Shown: positions 39,545 to 49,113 of the stretch, in pieces
Layout: every line of letters begins with the position of its first letter
Numbering within the stretch: position 1 is the first letter of the stretch
Source of the DNA: a bacterium
GTDB lineage: Bacteria; UBA8248
Reading direction: 5' to 3'
Length of the DNA stretch: 64,000 bases
NCBI GenBank assembly: GCA_965221165.1
Contig: CBDCRP010000003.1
Coordinates: 1,664,001 to 1,728,000 of the forward strand
Made by a program: the position numbers and the translations under genes
Notes under the pieces: generated by a model
Databases searched by the model: none
What the model was told of the DNA's origin: nothing
Seen by the model: only the letters and a program-made list of their open reading frames with translations

Positions 39545-39960
39545 CGCGGGCCGCATGTATGCGGCCCCTACAATCGCCACGCATGCTTTTTCCGTAGGGG
39601 TCGCATATATGCGACCCGACGGCACAATTCCCACCTATAAAGGAAACCCACTCCCCCCTACGGGTCAAACCCGACCGGGGAGGGAGGGGCTGCCGACCGG
39701 GGAGGGGTTGGTTGCGCGTCTTCTGTAGGGGCGGACCTGTGTGTCCGCCCGCCTTCGTCATATCCGCCCCTGCGCCCGCCCTATGGTGGGGTGATGCAAT
39801 GGGCGGACACACAGGTCCGCCCCTACGATCAATCGCGACCGATGAGGTCAATCCCGACCGGGGAGGGAGGGATTGGATTGCTGGCCGAGGAGCGGAGAAT
39901 AGCCTGCGGGTATGATTTCGCCCGTCATACCGGAATGGTCCTATCCGGTATCCAGAGACT
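39545..39960. repeat. REP-like palindrome cluster D (composite, includes REPIN-like inverted pair)
   Basis: GTAGGGGCGGACCTGTGTGTCCGCCC (39725-39750) and its exact reverse complement (39801-39826); GGGCCGCATGTATGCGGCCCCTAC (39548-39571). Confidence 0.85.
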
Positions 39961-40028
39961 TTGCGGACGAGGAAACAACCCCGATCTCAAAGCGATGCTT
40001 TCACGGCATATTCTGAAATAAGGGGGTT

Positions 40029-42452
40029 TCAGGCGTCCTCCCCCCACACCCTTGCGACCGCCGCCTGAATCTTTTTCTCGAAGCGATCGATGAGTTTGCG
40101 GTTGGATTCGACCATGGCCTGCTCGGCTTCTATCTCGGCGACGATGTCCTGTTGGGTTTCAAGGGGTGGAAGGGGAATTAGTATTCTCTCCAAATTTCCT
40201 TTCGTGATGTGGACAAGACCAACACCACCATGAAGATTTTCTTCAACCTCCGCAACTGCTCTATTTAGTACGTAGTGCAAATACATTTTCATTGTCTGAC
40301 TTTGATTGAATTCGATCTTGAAAATGTGCTGGTTCAATATGGCCTTGCCGCCACTCCAAATATGCGCTCCAAAAGAGGTGCCTCGTGAGCCAGACCATGA
40401 GAACAAAAGCTGCCCTCGGCTAATAATGTACTGATCTTTCACTTTCCCAGTGTAATAATTAAACTCACTGCTAGGGGAATTTAGGTTTTGAATTCGTACA
40501 ATCGGGAGGCCACCACTATCGGCACGCTCCCAGTCCTGTGGCTTAAAAGCACGCCCGTTGACAAGGTTGCAAATATCACCAATCGCCACCATCGGCCATT
40601 CAGGATCGACCGCGATATGCGGGCGATAATTGTCGACCACCGCGCGCGCTCCGTCGATGACCTTCTGGTAGCCCTCGATTTCGGCGACGATCTCCTTTTG
40701 AATATCGAGAGGAGGGAGGGGGATTTTGTGCGTTTGGTAAACTTCCGTCCTGTTAAGGCCCGGAATACCCGCACCGCCCCTCAATTCTTGAAGTTTTAGG
40801 CTCTTCAAGACCCAATAGAGATAAACGAGCTCAGATTCACTGGGGTTGGTTTGCCTAACGTAATACGTCGTATCTATAGGAAAGCAATTTTGCTGAATAA
40901 ATGTCACTTCACCTGCCGATCCTTTTCTTCCGACGACAATTGCAGGCCCCTCGATGAGGAAATCGTTATGGTATCCAGTGATACCGTTCGAGCCAACGAC
41001 AGGAAAGGAACCCTCGACACGCTTTGCTTTTGGTAGGCTCGCACCATATTCAAGTGTGCAGACATCTTCAAATTGGCATAACGGAAACTTGGATCTAGCT
41101 TGAGCTGCCTCTCGATACCTCTCCCCACTCAGATTGTACTCCCCGTTCTCCGCAATCTTCTCCTTCTCGACGATCAGCCCGAGCGTCGGCTCGAAATCAT
41201 CCAGTGGTTCCCCCGCCCGCAGCCGCCGCAGGTATTCGATTATCTCCGTCTTAGCTTGAGGCAGGTTGTTCTTATCAATCTCCCGCCGCTGCGCTCCCAG
41301 GTCGTAGCCGTCGTTCTCGACTTTGAAGAAGGCGACGTGGTTCGCCCTCCTCGCCAGCGGCTTATCCAGAATGAGGATGGAGGTCTTGACACCCGAATAG
41401 GGCTGGAACACGCCCGGAGGCAAAGAGACCACGGCGACGAGATATTCTTCCACCAGCATCTTGCGAAGCTGCTTATAAGCGTTCTGGCTCTGGAAGATGA
41501 TTCCCTCGGGCACGATGATGCCCGCGCGGCCCCCCGTCGTCAGGTGCCCGGCCATGTAGTCCACGAAGAGCACCTCGCTGCGCCTGGATTGCACCGAGAA
41601 GCGGTTGTGCGGGCGGATGCCGCCTTTGGGGGACATGAACGGCGGGTTCGCCAGAATAACGTCCGCGAATTCGTTCCAGTTATCTTCGCTCGTGAGCGTG
41701 TCGTACTCGGAAATATGCGGGTCGGTGAACCCGTGCAGGTACATGTTCGCCAGAGAGAGCCGCACCATGTCGGGCGAAATGTCGTAGCCCTTGAGATTGG
41801 CGGCCAGCCGTGTCTTCTCGTCCGGCGTCAGGCTGCTCCCGCCGTTTTCATCCGTGTTGGCCTTTAGAACGTGCTTGTAGGCGGAAATCAGAAAGCCTGC
41901 GGTGCCGCAGGCGGGGTCGAGCAGCCTCTCGTCTTTTTTGGGGTCTACTATCCCGACGATGAAGTCGATGATGTGGCGTGGGGTGCGGAACTGCCCGGCG
42001 TCGCCCTGGGAGCCGAGCACGGAGAGCAGGTACTCGAAGGCGTCGCCCAGCCGTTCCGAGTGATCGTAAGTAAACTCGTCGATAATTTTGAGAAAGGCGC
42101 GCAGGGTTTCGGGGTCTCGGTAGGGCAGATAGGCGTTCTTGAAGATGTCGCGAAACAGCGGCGGAACCCCCGGGTTCTCCGGCATCCGGGTGATGGCCTC
42201 GGCGTAGAGGTTCAGGGTCTCATGGCCGCCCAGGCCCGCGCGGGTCAGCTTCGCCCATCCGTAGCGGGCGAAATCACCGGCGAAAAAGCTGCGCTTCCCG
42301 CCCAACTCCTCGCTTTCGGCGTCGATGTCGTCCATGAACTTGTAGATCAAGGCGATGGTTATCTGCTCGACCTGGCTTTTGGGGTCGGGCACCTTGCCCA
42401 CGAGAATGTCGCGGGCGGTGTCGATGCGGCGTTTTGTGTCGGCGTCGAGCAT
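40029..42452 (-). CDS. Type I R-M fused methyltransferase-specificity subunit (HsdM-HsdS)
   Basis: GQFRTPRH, DPACGTAGFL, ANPPF (N6-MTase); two TRDs each ending IPLPPL..Q..IVAEIE. Confidence 0.92.
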   Translation of the reverse strand: MLDADTKRRIDTARDILVGKVPDPKSQVEQITIALIYKFMDDIDAESEELGGKRSFFAGDFARYGWAKLTRAGLGGHETLNLYAEAITRMPENPGVPPLFRDIFKNAYLPYRDPETLRAFLKIIDEFTYDHSERLGDAFEYLLSVLGSQGDAGQFRTPRHIIDFIVGIVDPKKDERLLDPACGTAGFLISAYKHVLKANTDENGGSSLTPDEKTRLAANLKGYDISPDMVRLSLANMYLHGFTDPHISEYDTLTSEDNWNEFADVILANPPFMSPKGGIRPHNRFSVQSRRSEVLFVDYMAGHLTTGGRAGIIVPEGIIFQSQNAYKQLRKMLVEEYLVAVVSLPPGVFQPYSGVKTSILILDKPLARRANHVAFFKVENDGYDLGAQRREIDKNNLPQAKTEIIEYLRRLRAGEPLDDFEPTLGLIVEKEKIAENGEYNLSGERYREAAQARSKFPLCQFEDVCTLEYGASLPKAKRVEGSFPVVGSNGITGYHNDFLIEGPAIVVGRKGSAGEVTFIQQNCFPIDTTYYVRQTNPSESELVYLYWVLKSLKLQELRGGAGIPGLNRTEVYQTHKIPLPPLDIQKEIVAEIEGYQKVIDGARAVVDNYRPHIAVDPEWPMVAIGDICNLVNGRAFKPQDWERADSGGLPIVRIQNLNSPSSEFNYYTGKVKDQYIISRGQLLFSWSGSRGTSFGAHIWSGGKAILNQHIFKIEFNQSQTMKMYLHYVLNRAVAEVEENLHGGVGLVHITKGNLERILIPLPPLETQQDIVAEIEAEQAMVESNRKLIDRFEKKIQAAVARVWGEDA

Positions 42453-42463
42453 GGGGTTCCTCT

Positions 42464-45016
42464 CTAGGGGTACGGCGCGAACCGGTTCAGAGAAACGTAA
42501 TCCTTGACGTAGTTCGGAATCAGAGCGCGGTATTTCTCCGGCACGTTGCTAAAGGCGGCGAAAGAGAGGGCCGGTTCCGTGGCGAGGGCGGGGTATCGCC
42601 TCTCGTCGATGATGGCGCGAATCCTGTCGCTCGTGGCATACGCCTCGAAGTAGCTCCGCATGGCCGGGATGGCGGCGGCGTCCTCGGGTTCATGATCAAC
42701 GAGGAACTTGGCGAATTCCTCCTCCAGCAGGTCGCGCTTCGACTTGAAATCGGGAATGAAGCCGAAGACTTTCTCCAGAATCTCGCGGAGGGTGAGGCGT
42801 CTATCGGCATCAGCCGCCTTACGCAGCTTGTCGAGGTTGTAATAATCCTCTGGCTTGTCGAACACCTCGCGGTTCACGTGGTCGATCACGCGCTCCCACT
42901 CACCGGCCTGGACGGCGGCAGCGATGTTCGCGTCCTCCCGCACGGTATCGCGAAACCTGTCGAAGAGCATTCGGTCGACCTTCATGCCCCGATACCCGAT
43001 GGGCACTTCCTTGACGCCCGCGAGGATGTCCTCGCCTGTGTGCTCGTAAACGCCTCGTATCTGAGTAGGCCCGTCGCCCTCACCGGGATCACCCCCGCCG
43101 CGCTTGCGGATCTGCGGCAGCTTCAACACTTGCTCGTAGTCGTACTCGGTCTCGAAGTATTCGTAGTTGCCGAAGAAATCGAAGAGCCTGAACGCTGTTT
43201 TTTGCGTCTCCTCCGACTCGGGAATATCTTGTAAAAGCCTCTCGTCGGTGATCTGCTGCCTGAAATCGTGCATACGCGTGCCGCGTCCTTTGATCTGCAC
43301 GAAATCCGTGGGCGAGAAGATGGGGCGGAACAGGCCGACGTTCAAGACGTCGGTGCAGTCGTAACCCGTCGTCATCATCCCCACCGTCACGCAAACTCGG
43401 GCCTTGCTCGTCCGGTAGCCGTCCAGAAAATTGGCCGAGCCCAGTAGGTTGTTGTTCGCGAAGTTGACGGTGAACCGCTGGGCGTCTGCGATTTGGGAGG
43501 TCACCTGCACGGCGAAGTCGGACTGATATTTGCCCGGAAACATCCTGTCGGCTATCTCGTTCATTATCTGTGCGAGCTTGGCCGCGTGGTTCTGGCTCAC
43601 GGCGAAGACGATCCCCTTCCCGACCTCCCCGCTCACGGGATCGCGCAGGGCGTTCTCCAGAAAAGTCTTACAAAAAAGCTGGTTGGTGGCTTCGGAGTAG
43701 AAGCATTTTTCGAACTCGCGCTTTTTGTAGATTTCCTCCCACTCCTCGCCCTCATCGTCGGTGAAAGCGGCGACGAAGCCCTCATCCGAAAGAAGCTGCG
43801 TGGTTATGTCCGTGCGGGCGTCCACCACGGTCGCGTTGATCAGGTATCCGTCCCTCACGCCGTCGAGCAGCGAATAATGAAAGGTGGGTTGATCTATCTC
43901 GCAGCCGAATGTGTGGTACGTGTCTCGTTGCAGGCGGCGCTCCACCGCGCGCGGGTCGCGAATGGTCGCGTCTACCTCATCGAAGTTTTTGAGGTAAGCG
44001 CGGGGCGTGGCAGTGAGACCCAGCTTGCAGCCCACGAAGAAATCGAACACGCCGCGGGCGTTGCCGCTTATCGAGCGGTGCGCTTCGTCTGAGATCACGA
44101 GGTCGAAATCCGTCGGCGAAAAAAGTCGCTCGTATTTGTCGTTGAACTGGAAGGATTGCACGGTGGTAACGACGATTTCGGCGCGCCGCCAGTCGTCGGG
44201 GTTGTGCTTGTAGACGACGGTGTCGTAGTCATTCGAAAGCAAATCTTTGAAGGCCTTGAACGCCTGCTCTTCGAGTTCGAGCCTGTCCACCAAGAAGAGC
44301 ACCCGGCGGGCGTTGCCCGTGCGCAGGAACAGTTTGATGACGGCGGCGGCGGTGAGCGTCTTGCCCGTGCCCGTGGCCATCTCGAACAAGAAGCGATCGC
44401 CACCCTCACGCACCGCTTTTTGCAGCGCGTGGATTGCCCGCAGTTGATAAGGGCGCAGAAACCGCAGCTTGTTGGCCCGAATGTATTCTTCGCGCTCGTT
44501 CTCGTTTCTCCAGGCGGCCTCTTTGGCGTAGTTCGGCTGCTGGGTGAGGACGATGTAATCCTCGCCGACTTGCTCGTCGACCAGACGCCCAAGATCCGGG
44601 GAAAACTCCCGGCGTGCGGAGGCTGAGTCCGGCGTCGGGAACGCGGTGATGGGATGGGGGTTGCCGTGCTCCAGGTCCCAGAAGTGGTGCTGGTTGCCGT
44701 TCGAGAGGATGACGAAACGGCAGTTCTGCGAGCGGGCGTATGTGCGGGCCTGCTCTTTTCCTACGAGCGGATTTATCCTCTCGGACTTCGCCTCCAGGAC
44801 GATGAACGGGAATCCCGCCTCATCGAGCAGCAGGAAGTCGATGAAGCCCCTGGAGGTTTGCTCGAAGTCATCACCCAGGCCGTCCAGGTCCGCCGTCTTG
44901 ATGGTGACGCTCGGCTCCAGGCGGATGTTGGCGGGCTTTCCGTCTTCGGAGAAAAAGCGCCAGCCGGCCTCTTCGAGCAGCTTGTTTATCTTGACGCGAG
45001 CAGCAGCCTCGCTCAT
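42464..45016 (-). CDS. hsdR: Type I restriction enzyme R subunit (EcoAI/EcoEI-like)
   Basis: IDFLL..LEAK nuclease, LRPYQ, MATGTGKT, DEAHR, GLTATP, MMTTGYD, QIKGRGTR; GAGGAAGAGG RBS before MSEAAAR. Confidence 0.9.
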   Translation of the reverse strand: MSEAAARVKINKLLEEAGWRFFSEDGKPANIRLEPSVTIKTADLDGLGDDFEQTSRGFIDFLLLDEAGFPFIVLEAKSERINPLVGKEQARTYARSQNCRFVILSNGNQHHFWDLEHGNPHPITAFPTPDSASARREFSPDLGRLVDEQVGEDYIVLTQQPNYAKEAAWRNENEREEYIRANKLRFLRPYQLRAIHALQKAVREGGDRFLFEMATGTGKTLTAAAVIKLFLRTGNARRVLFLVDRLELEEQAFKAFKDLLSNDYDTVVYKHNPDDWRRAEIVVTTVQSFQFNDKYERLFSPTDFDLVISDEAHRSISGNARGVFDFFVGCKLGLTATPRAYLKNFDEVDATIRDPRAVERRLQRDTYHTFGCEIDQPTFHYSLLDGVRDGYLINATVVDARTDITTQLLSDEGFVAAFTDDEGEEWEEIYKKREFEKCFYSEATNQLFCKTFLENALRDPVSGEVGKGIVFAVSQNHAAKLAQIMNEIADRMFPGKYQSDFAVQVTSQIADAQRFTVNFANNNLLGSANFLDGYRTSKARVCVTVGMMTTGYDCTDVLNVGLFRPIFSPTDFVQIKGRGTRMHDFRQQITDERLLQDIPESEETQKTAFRLFDFFGNYEYFETEYDYEQVLKLPQIRKRGGGDPGEGDGPTQIRGVYEHTGEDILAGVKEVPIGYRGMKVDRMLFDRFRDTVREDANIAAAVQAGEWERVIDHVNREVFDKPEDYYNLDKLRKAADADRRLTLREILEKVFGFIPDFKSKRDLLEEEFAKFLVDHEPEDAAAIPAMRSYFEAYATSDRIRAIIDERRYPALATEPALSFAAFSNVPEKYRALIPNYVKDYVSLNRFAPYP

Positions 45017-45262
45017 GGGGTCCTCTTCCTCGTGTCGAAATATCCACCTTTTGGATACCTTTCTTTTAGAACTTTTCTCCGAGGAGAGCAATCTCACCCG
45101 GCTTTTCCGGCGGAAAACTAACCCCGCCCCCCATTCATGTCAAAACATCAATTTCCCGTGAATAGTCCCCATAAAACACCCTTCATTCACGCTGAACCGC
45201 CTAAATAACGTGAATGGATTTTCCGCTATGAGGAGTACGCGCGGTCGCAATTGTCTTTCTTC

Positions 45263-45291
45263 TTGACACGCATCATGCGTCTCGCTAGGTT
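45263..45291 (+). promoter_or_regulatory. Sigma70 promoter of fhs with palindrome in the spacer
   Basis: TTGACA-17 nt-TAGGTT; ACGCAT-C-ATGCGT inverted repeat at 45268-45280. Confidence 0.65.
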
Positions 45292-45348
45292 TGCTTGGCA
45301 CTCCACACATCTGTCCTGTGTTTGTCGCCGCAAGTCCAGGGGGGGACC

Positions 45349-47031
45349 ATGGCCATCGCATCGGACGTCGAAATCGCACAGGGGGCGAAGCTCAAGCCCA
45401 TCGCCCAAATCGCCGAAGAACTGGGACTCGGGCCGGACGAGATAGAGCTCTACGGCGCGCACAAGGCCAAGGTCGATCTCGCAGCGCTCGCGCGGCGCGA
45501 GAACGACCCCGACGGCAAGCTCATTCTCGTCACCGCCATGACGCCCACCCCGCTCGGCGAGGGCAAGACCCTGACCACGGTGGGGCTCGGCCAGGCCCTC
45601 GCGCGGCTGGGGAAAAAGAGCGTCATCTGCGTGCGCGAACCCTCGCTGGGGCCCGTGTTCGGCATCAAGGGCGGGGCGGCGGGCGGCGGCATGTCCCAGG
45701 TGCTGCCCATGGAGGACATCAACCTCCACTTCACTGGCGACATCCACGCGGTCACCTCCGCCCACAACCTGCTTTCCGCCCTCTTGGACGCGCACGTGTT
45801 CCACGGCAACGAACTGGCGCTCGACGTGAACCGCATCACCTGGAAGCGCGTGATGGACATGAACGACCGCGCGCTGCGCCACGTCCTCGTCGGCCTCGGC
45901 GGCAGGACGCACGGCGTCCCCCGTGAGGAGGGCTTCATGATCACGGCGGCGTCCGAGATCATGGCCGTGCTCTGCCTCGCGAGCGACCCGGTGGACATGA
46001 AAGAGCGCATCGGGCGCGTCGTGGTCGGCTATACGCGAAAGGGCGCGCCCGTCACCGCAGCGGATTTGAACGCATCGGGCGCGATGGCCATGCTCTTAAA
46101 AGACGCCATCAAGCCCAACCTCGTACAGACCTTGGAGCACTCCCCGGCCTTCGTCCACGGGGGCCCCTTTGGGAACATCGCCCACGGGACGAACTCCATC
46201 ATCGCGGACAGGCTCGCGCTCAAGCTCGCCGACGCGATCGTCGTGGAAGCGGGCTTCGGTTCGGATTTGGGCGCCGAGAAATTCTTCGACATCACGGCGC
46301 GAACGGCGGGGCTGAACGTGGACGCGGTCGTGCTCGTGGCCTCCGTCCGCGCGCTCAAACTCCACGGCGGCGTTTCCTTCGAGGCGGACGCTTTGGCCGA
46401 GGAAAACGTCGACGCCATCACCCGGGGATTCGAGAACCTGAGAACCCACATCGAGAACATGAAGAGCTTCGGCGCGCCCGTGGTGGTGGCCGTCAACCGC
46501 TTTGAGGCGGATACCGATGCCGAAATCGCGCGCATAAAAGATCTTTGCATGGAGGCGGGAGCGCCCTGCTGCGCGCATGAGCTTCACTCGAGAGGCGGCG
46601 AGGGGGGCCTGGAACTCGCCGAGACGGCGTATGGCCTCGCGGCGGAGGCGGATAAACGCTACACGCCGCTCTACCCTCTCGACATGCCGCTCAAGGAGAA
46701 GATAGAGACCATCGCGACGCGCATCTACCGCGCGGAGGGGGTGAGCTTCGAGCCCGCCGCCGCGCGCAGCCTGCGCTCACTGACGAGGCTGGGCTACGGC
46801 GAATTACCCGTCTGCATCGCCAAAACGCAGGCCTCGCTGTCTGACGACTCCAGGAAGATCGGCGCGCCGACGGGCTTCACGGTGAACGTGCGCGAGGTGT
46901 ACGTCTCCGCAGGAGCGGGCTTCGTGGTCGCCACCGCGGGGAGCATCATGCAGATGCCGGGCCTCGCGAAAACTCCCGCTGCGGCGGGGATGGACATCAC
47001 CGCAGACGGCAGGATTACGGGACTTTTCTAG
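45349..47031 (+). CDS. fhs: Formate--tetrahydrofolate ligase
   Basis: TPTPLGEGKT, REPSLGPVFGIKGGAAGGG, NLHFTGD, HGGPFGNIAHG, CIAKTQ, MPGL. Confidence 0.97.
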   Translation: MAIASDVEIAQGAKLKPIAQIAEELGLGPDEIELYGAHKAKVDLAALARRENDPDGKLILVTAMTPTPLGEGKTLTTVGLGQALARLGKKSVICVREPSLGPVFGIKGGAAGGGMSQVLPMEDINLHFTGDIHAVTSAHNLLSALLDAHVFHGNELALDVNRITWKRVMDMNDRALRHVLVGLGGRTHGVPREEGFMITAASEIMAVLCLASDPVDMKERIGRVVVGYTRKGAPVTAADLNASGAMAMLLKDAIKPNLVQTLEHSPAFVHGGPFGNIAHGTNSIIADRLALKLADAIVVEAGFGSDLGAEKFFDITARTAGLNVDAVVLVASVRALKLHGGVSFEADALAEENVDAITRGFENLRTHIENMKSFGAPVVVAVNRFEADTDAEIARIKDLCMEAGAPCCAHELHSRGGEGGLELAETAYGLAAEADKRYTPLYPLDMPLKEKIETIATRIYRAEGVSFEPAAARSLRSLTRLGYGELPVCIAKTQASLSDDSRKIGAPTGFTVNVREVYVSAGAGFVVATAGSIMQMPGLAKTPAAAGMDITADGRITGLF

Positions 47032-47068
47032 GAGAAGTGCGCGACGCCCGGCTTTGGTTCATCCCGAA

Positions 47069-47269
47069 TCAGGGCTGACTTTCACCCACGCGATTCCATA
47101 ATCTATCTACGTGATCTCGCAATTCATTCGCCTGATCGGAAAGATTGTCCATCCTCTCCGTAATCCTTCTGACGTATACGAAACCGGCAATAGCAATCAA
47201 GGAAGGCAGCGCAACGCCAATAACCGCCATGAGTATGGAAATAATTTGTAATTGGAATTCGATATTCAC
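47069..47269 (-). CDS. Small membrane protein with coiled-coil tail
   Basis: GTG overlaps the TGA of the upstream gene; hydrophobic N-half then heptad-like segment. Confidence 0.55.
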   Translation of the reverse strand: MNIEFQLQIISILMAVIGVALPSLIAIAGFVYVRRITERMDNLSDQANELRDHVDRLWNRVGESQP

Positions 47270-47502
47270 TTGGCCGAATCCCCCACCAAGCCCCTTCTGG
47301 TGGGGTTGCCCCATCGCGCCTGCTCGCTCTCCCATTTGAGTGCGGCGTCCATCGTGGTCGCGCCCCCCACCTGCTTGATGTAGCCGTCCTCCCCGAACTC
47401 CTGTTTGAGTTCGCACTCGCGCTTTTCGAGATCCTTGGTGATCCCGGAATACAATGTCTTCCTGCCCTTCTTGAAGTGATACTTGTAGGTCTTTCTGGCC
47501 AT
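47266..47502 (-). CDS. Minimal GIY-YIG-like protein (78 aa)
   Basis: TYKY..LYSGITKDLEKR..E, AALKWE; GGAGG RBS. Confidence 0.65.
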   Translation of the reverse strand: MARKTYKYHFKKGRKTLYSGITKDLEKRECELKQEFGEDGYIKQVGGATTMDAALKWESEQARWGNPTRRGLVGDSAK

Positions 47503-47584
47503 CTGAGCCTCCATGAGTAGAGCGTGGAGTCGCACCTCATGGTATCGGCAAACACCGGACGCGGCAACGGCCTGCTACTCCCCC

Positions 47585-48217
47585 CTACCCGCTCAGCTCA
47601 TCCAGCTTCTCCTCCAGCCGCTCGATGACCTCGGCGGCATCGGGGGCCTCGTTGTAGTCCTGCGCGAGGTCGCCGTCCCCGCAGGGGCTCTTGGCGGCGA
47701 AGAACACCGCCTTATCGCTGATGGTGCGCCCGCCGTGGCGGGTGTTCCGGGGGATATGCACGAGGTCTCCCGGCTCGACGACGCGCTCCTCATCGCCCAC
47801 GATCACGTACCGCCTGCCCTTCAGGACGAGGATGAACTGCTCCTCGTTGGGGTGAAAATGGGGCGTGGCGCCTTCCTGATCGAGCCGCCCGTCGCCCGAA
47901 GGACTCTTGGCGGTGAACATGCGGAATTCCTCGTCGATGATGACGCCGCCGTGCTTCGCCCCCCGGGGGATGTGAACCAGGTCGCCCGGGCCGATGAGCC
48001 GCTCCTCGTCTCCCACGATCATCCACTGCCTGCCCTCGAGGATTAAGAGGAACTGCTCCTCGTTCGGGTGGTAGTGCGGCCTCGACACCTTGCCCTTGGG
48101 ATAGGTGACGAAGCCCACCTTCATCAACTCCCCCGCCAGACCCTTGAAGCGGCCCATGGGCTGGGCGGCCACGCGGGATTCCGCCATCTCGGATACTCTG
48201 TAAAACGGCATTTTCAT
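47585..48217 (-). CDS. Cupin protein with two near-duplicate domains
   Basis: HxHPNEEQF..GDEER..PGDLVHIP...HGG..AKSP.GDG occurs twice; AAGGAG RBS. Confidence 0.85.
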   Translation of the reverse strand: MKMPFYRVSEMAESRVAAQPMGRFKGLAGELMKVGFVTYPKGKVSRPHYHPNEEQFLLILEGRQWMIVGDEERLIGPGDLVHIPRGAKHGGVIIDEEFRMFTAKSPSGDGRLDQEGATPHFHPNEEQFILVLKGRRYVIVGDEERVVEPGDLVHIPRNTRHGGRTISDKAVFFAAKSPCGDGDLAQDYNEAPDAAEVIERLEEKLDELSG

Positions 48218-48478
48218 ACGTCTCCTTCCGTCTTTTCCCCTAACACTGCGTAGAGAGTGCGCGGGGCGGCTGCTCCTGAGCGGGAGAAACCCGGGGTTGT
48301 TGGGATTTCCTGTCATGACGACGCCCGAGTTTTCCCCATCTTATAGAACCCGCCGGTTTTTCGCACGAGAACGCAGCCTGGGCCAAGCTTCCGGGCGATT
48401 CGAGAGACCTGGAGGATGTGGTAATATCCCTTTGAGGACCCGGGCATTTTATGCAAAAACTCCTGGAGGAATTTCACC

Positions 48479-49069
48479 ATGAGCCGCTATGCCTCGTCCG
48501 CACCCAGACTCCTCAGCGCAATCGCACTCGCTCTATTTCTCTCCGGCTGCGCGGTGCAGACGTTCCCCACCCACGGGATATTGCACGAAGGCCTCTCCGG
48601 CATGGTGGGTTCTCCCGTCGAGGGCCTCGTCGGGAAGATAGGGTACCCGGACAGCGAAGTCACGGTCGGCGGCCGGAAAGTCTATACCTGGGACCACAGA
48701 AGAGCCTTCACCTATACGGTGCCGGAGACCATCTGCCGCGAAAAAATCGTGGAGCGTTTCATTCCGAACCGGCCCCGCGCGCCCGTGCGCCGCAAGTTGG
48801 TACAGGAGTGCGAAACACATCAGGTGGAAAAAACACGGCTGCATTCCTGCACGATAAAGATCGAGACCGACATCGCGGAGGAAATCACCGGATACACCTT
48901 TGACGGGAACAAACAAGGATGCGAGCACTTCGCCGTGGTTTTCCGGAATCTCCCCTACGAGGCGTGCATCAAAAATCTCTCCGGCCTTAAGTTCGCGGTG
49001 AATATCGGGACGGAGCCCAAGGAGAAGCTATCCGCCGCGATAGCCCGGTGCGAGAGAATGCACCGCTAG
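48479..49069 (+). CDS. Hypothetical lipoprotein
   Basis: LSGC lipobox, IGYPD..GRKVYTW, several Cys; GGAGGA RBS. Confidence 0.75.
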   Translation: MSRYASSAPRLLSAIALALFLSGCAVQTFPTHGILHEGLSGMVGSPVEGLVGKIGYPDSEVTVGGRKVYTWDHRRAFTYTVPETICREKIVERFIPNRPRAPVRRKLVQECETHQVEKTRLHSCTIKIETDIAEEITGYTFDGNKQGCEHFAVVFRNLPYEACIKNLSGLKFAVNIGTEPKEKLSAAIARCERMHR

Positions 49070-49113
49070 CACATCACGACGCCGGAAATCTCACGGAGAA
49101 TGGCCTGAAAGCT

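Noticed and set aside
19505-39960. CRISPR array in the repeat clusters or in the 46-bp repeat
   Set aside because: No constant repeat-spacer period, mixed orientations and families, no cas genes.
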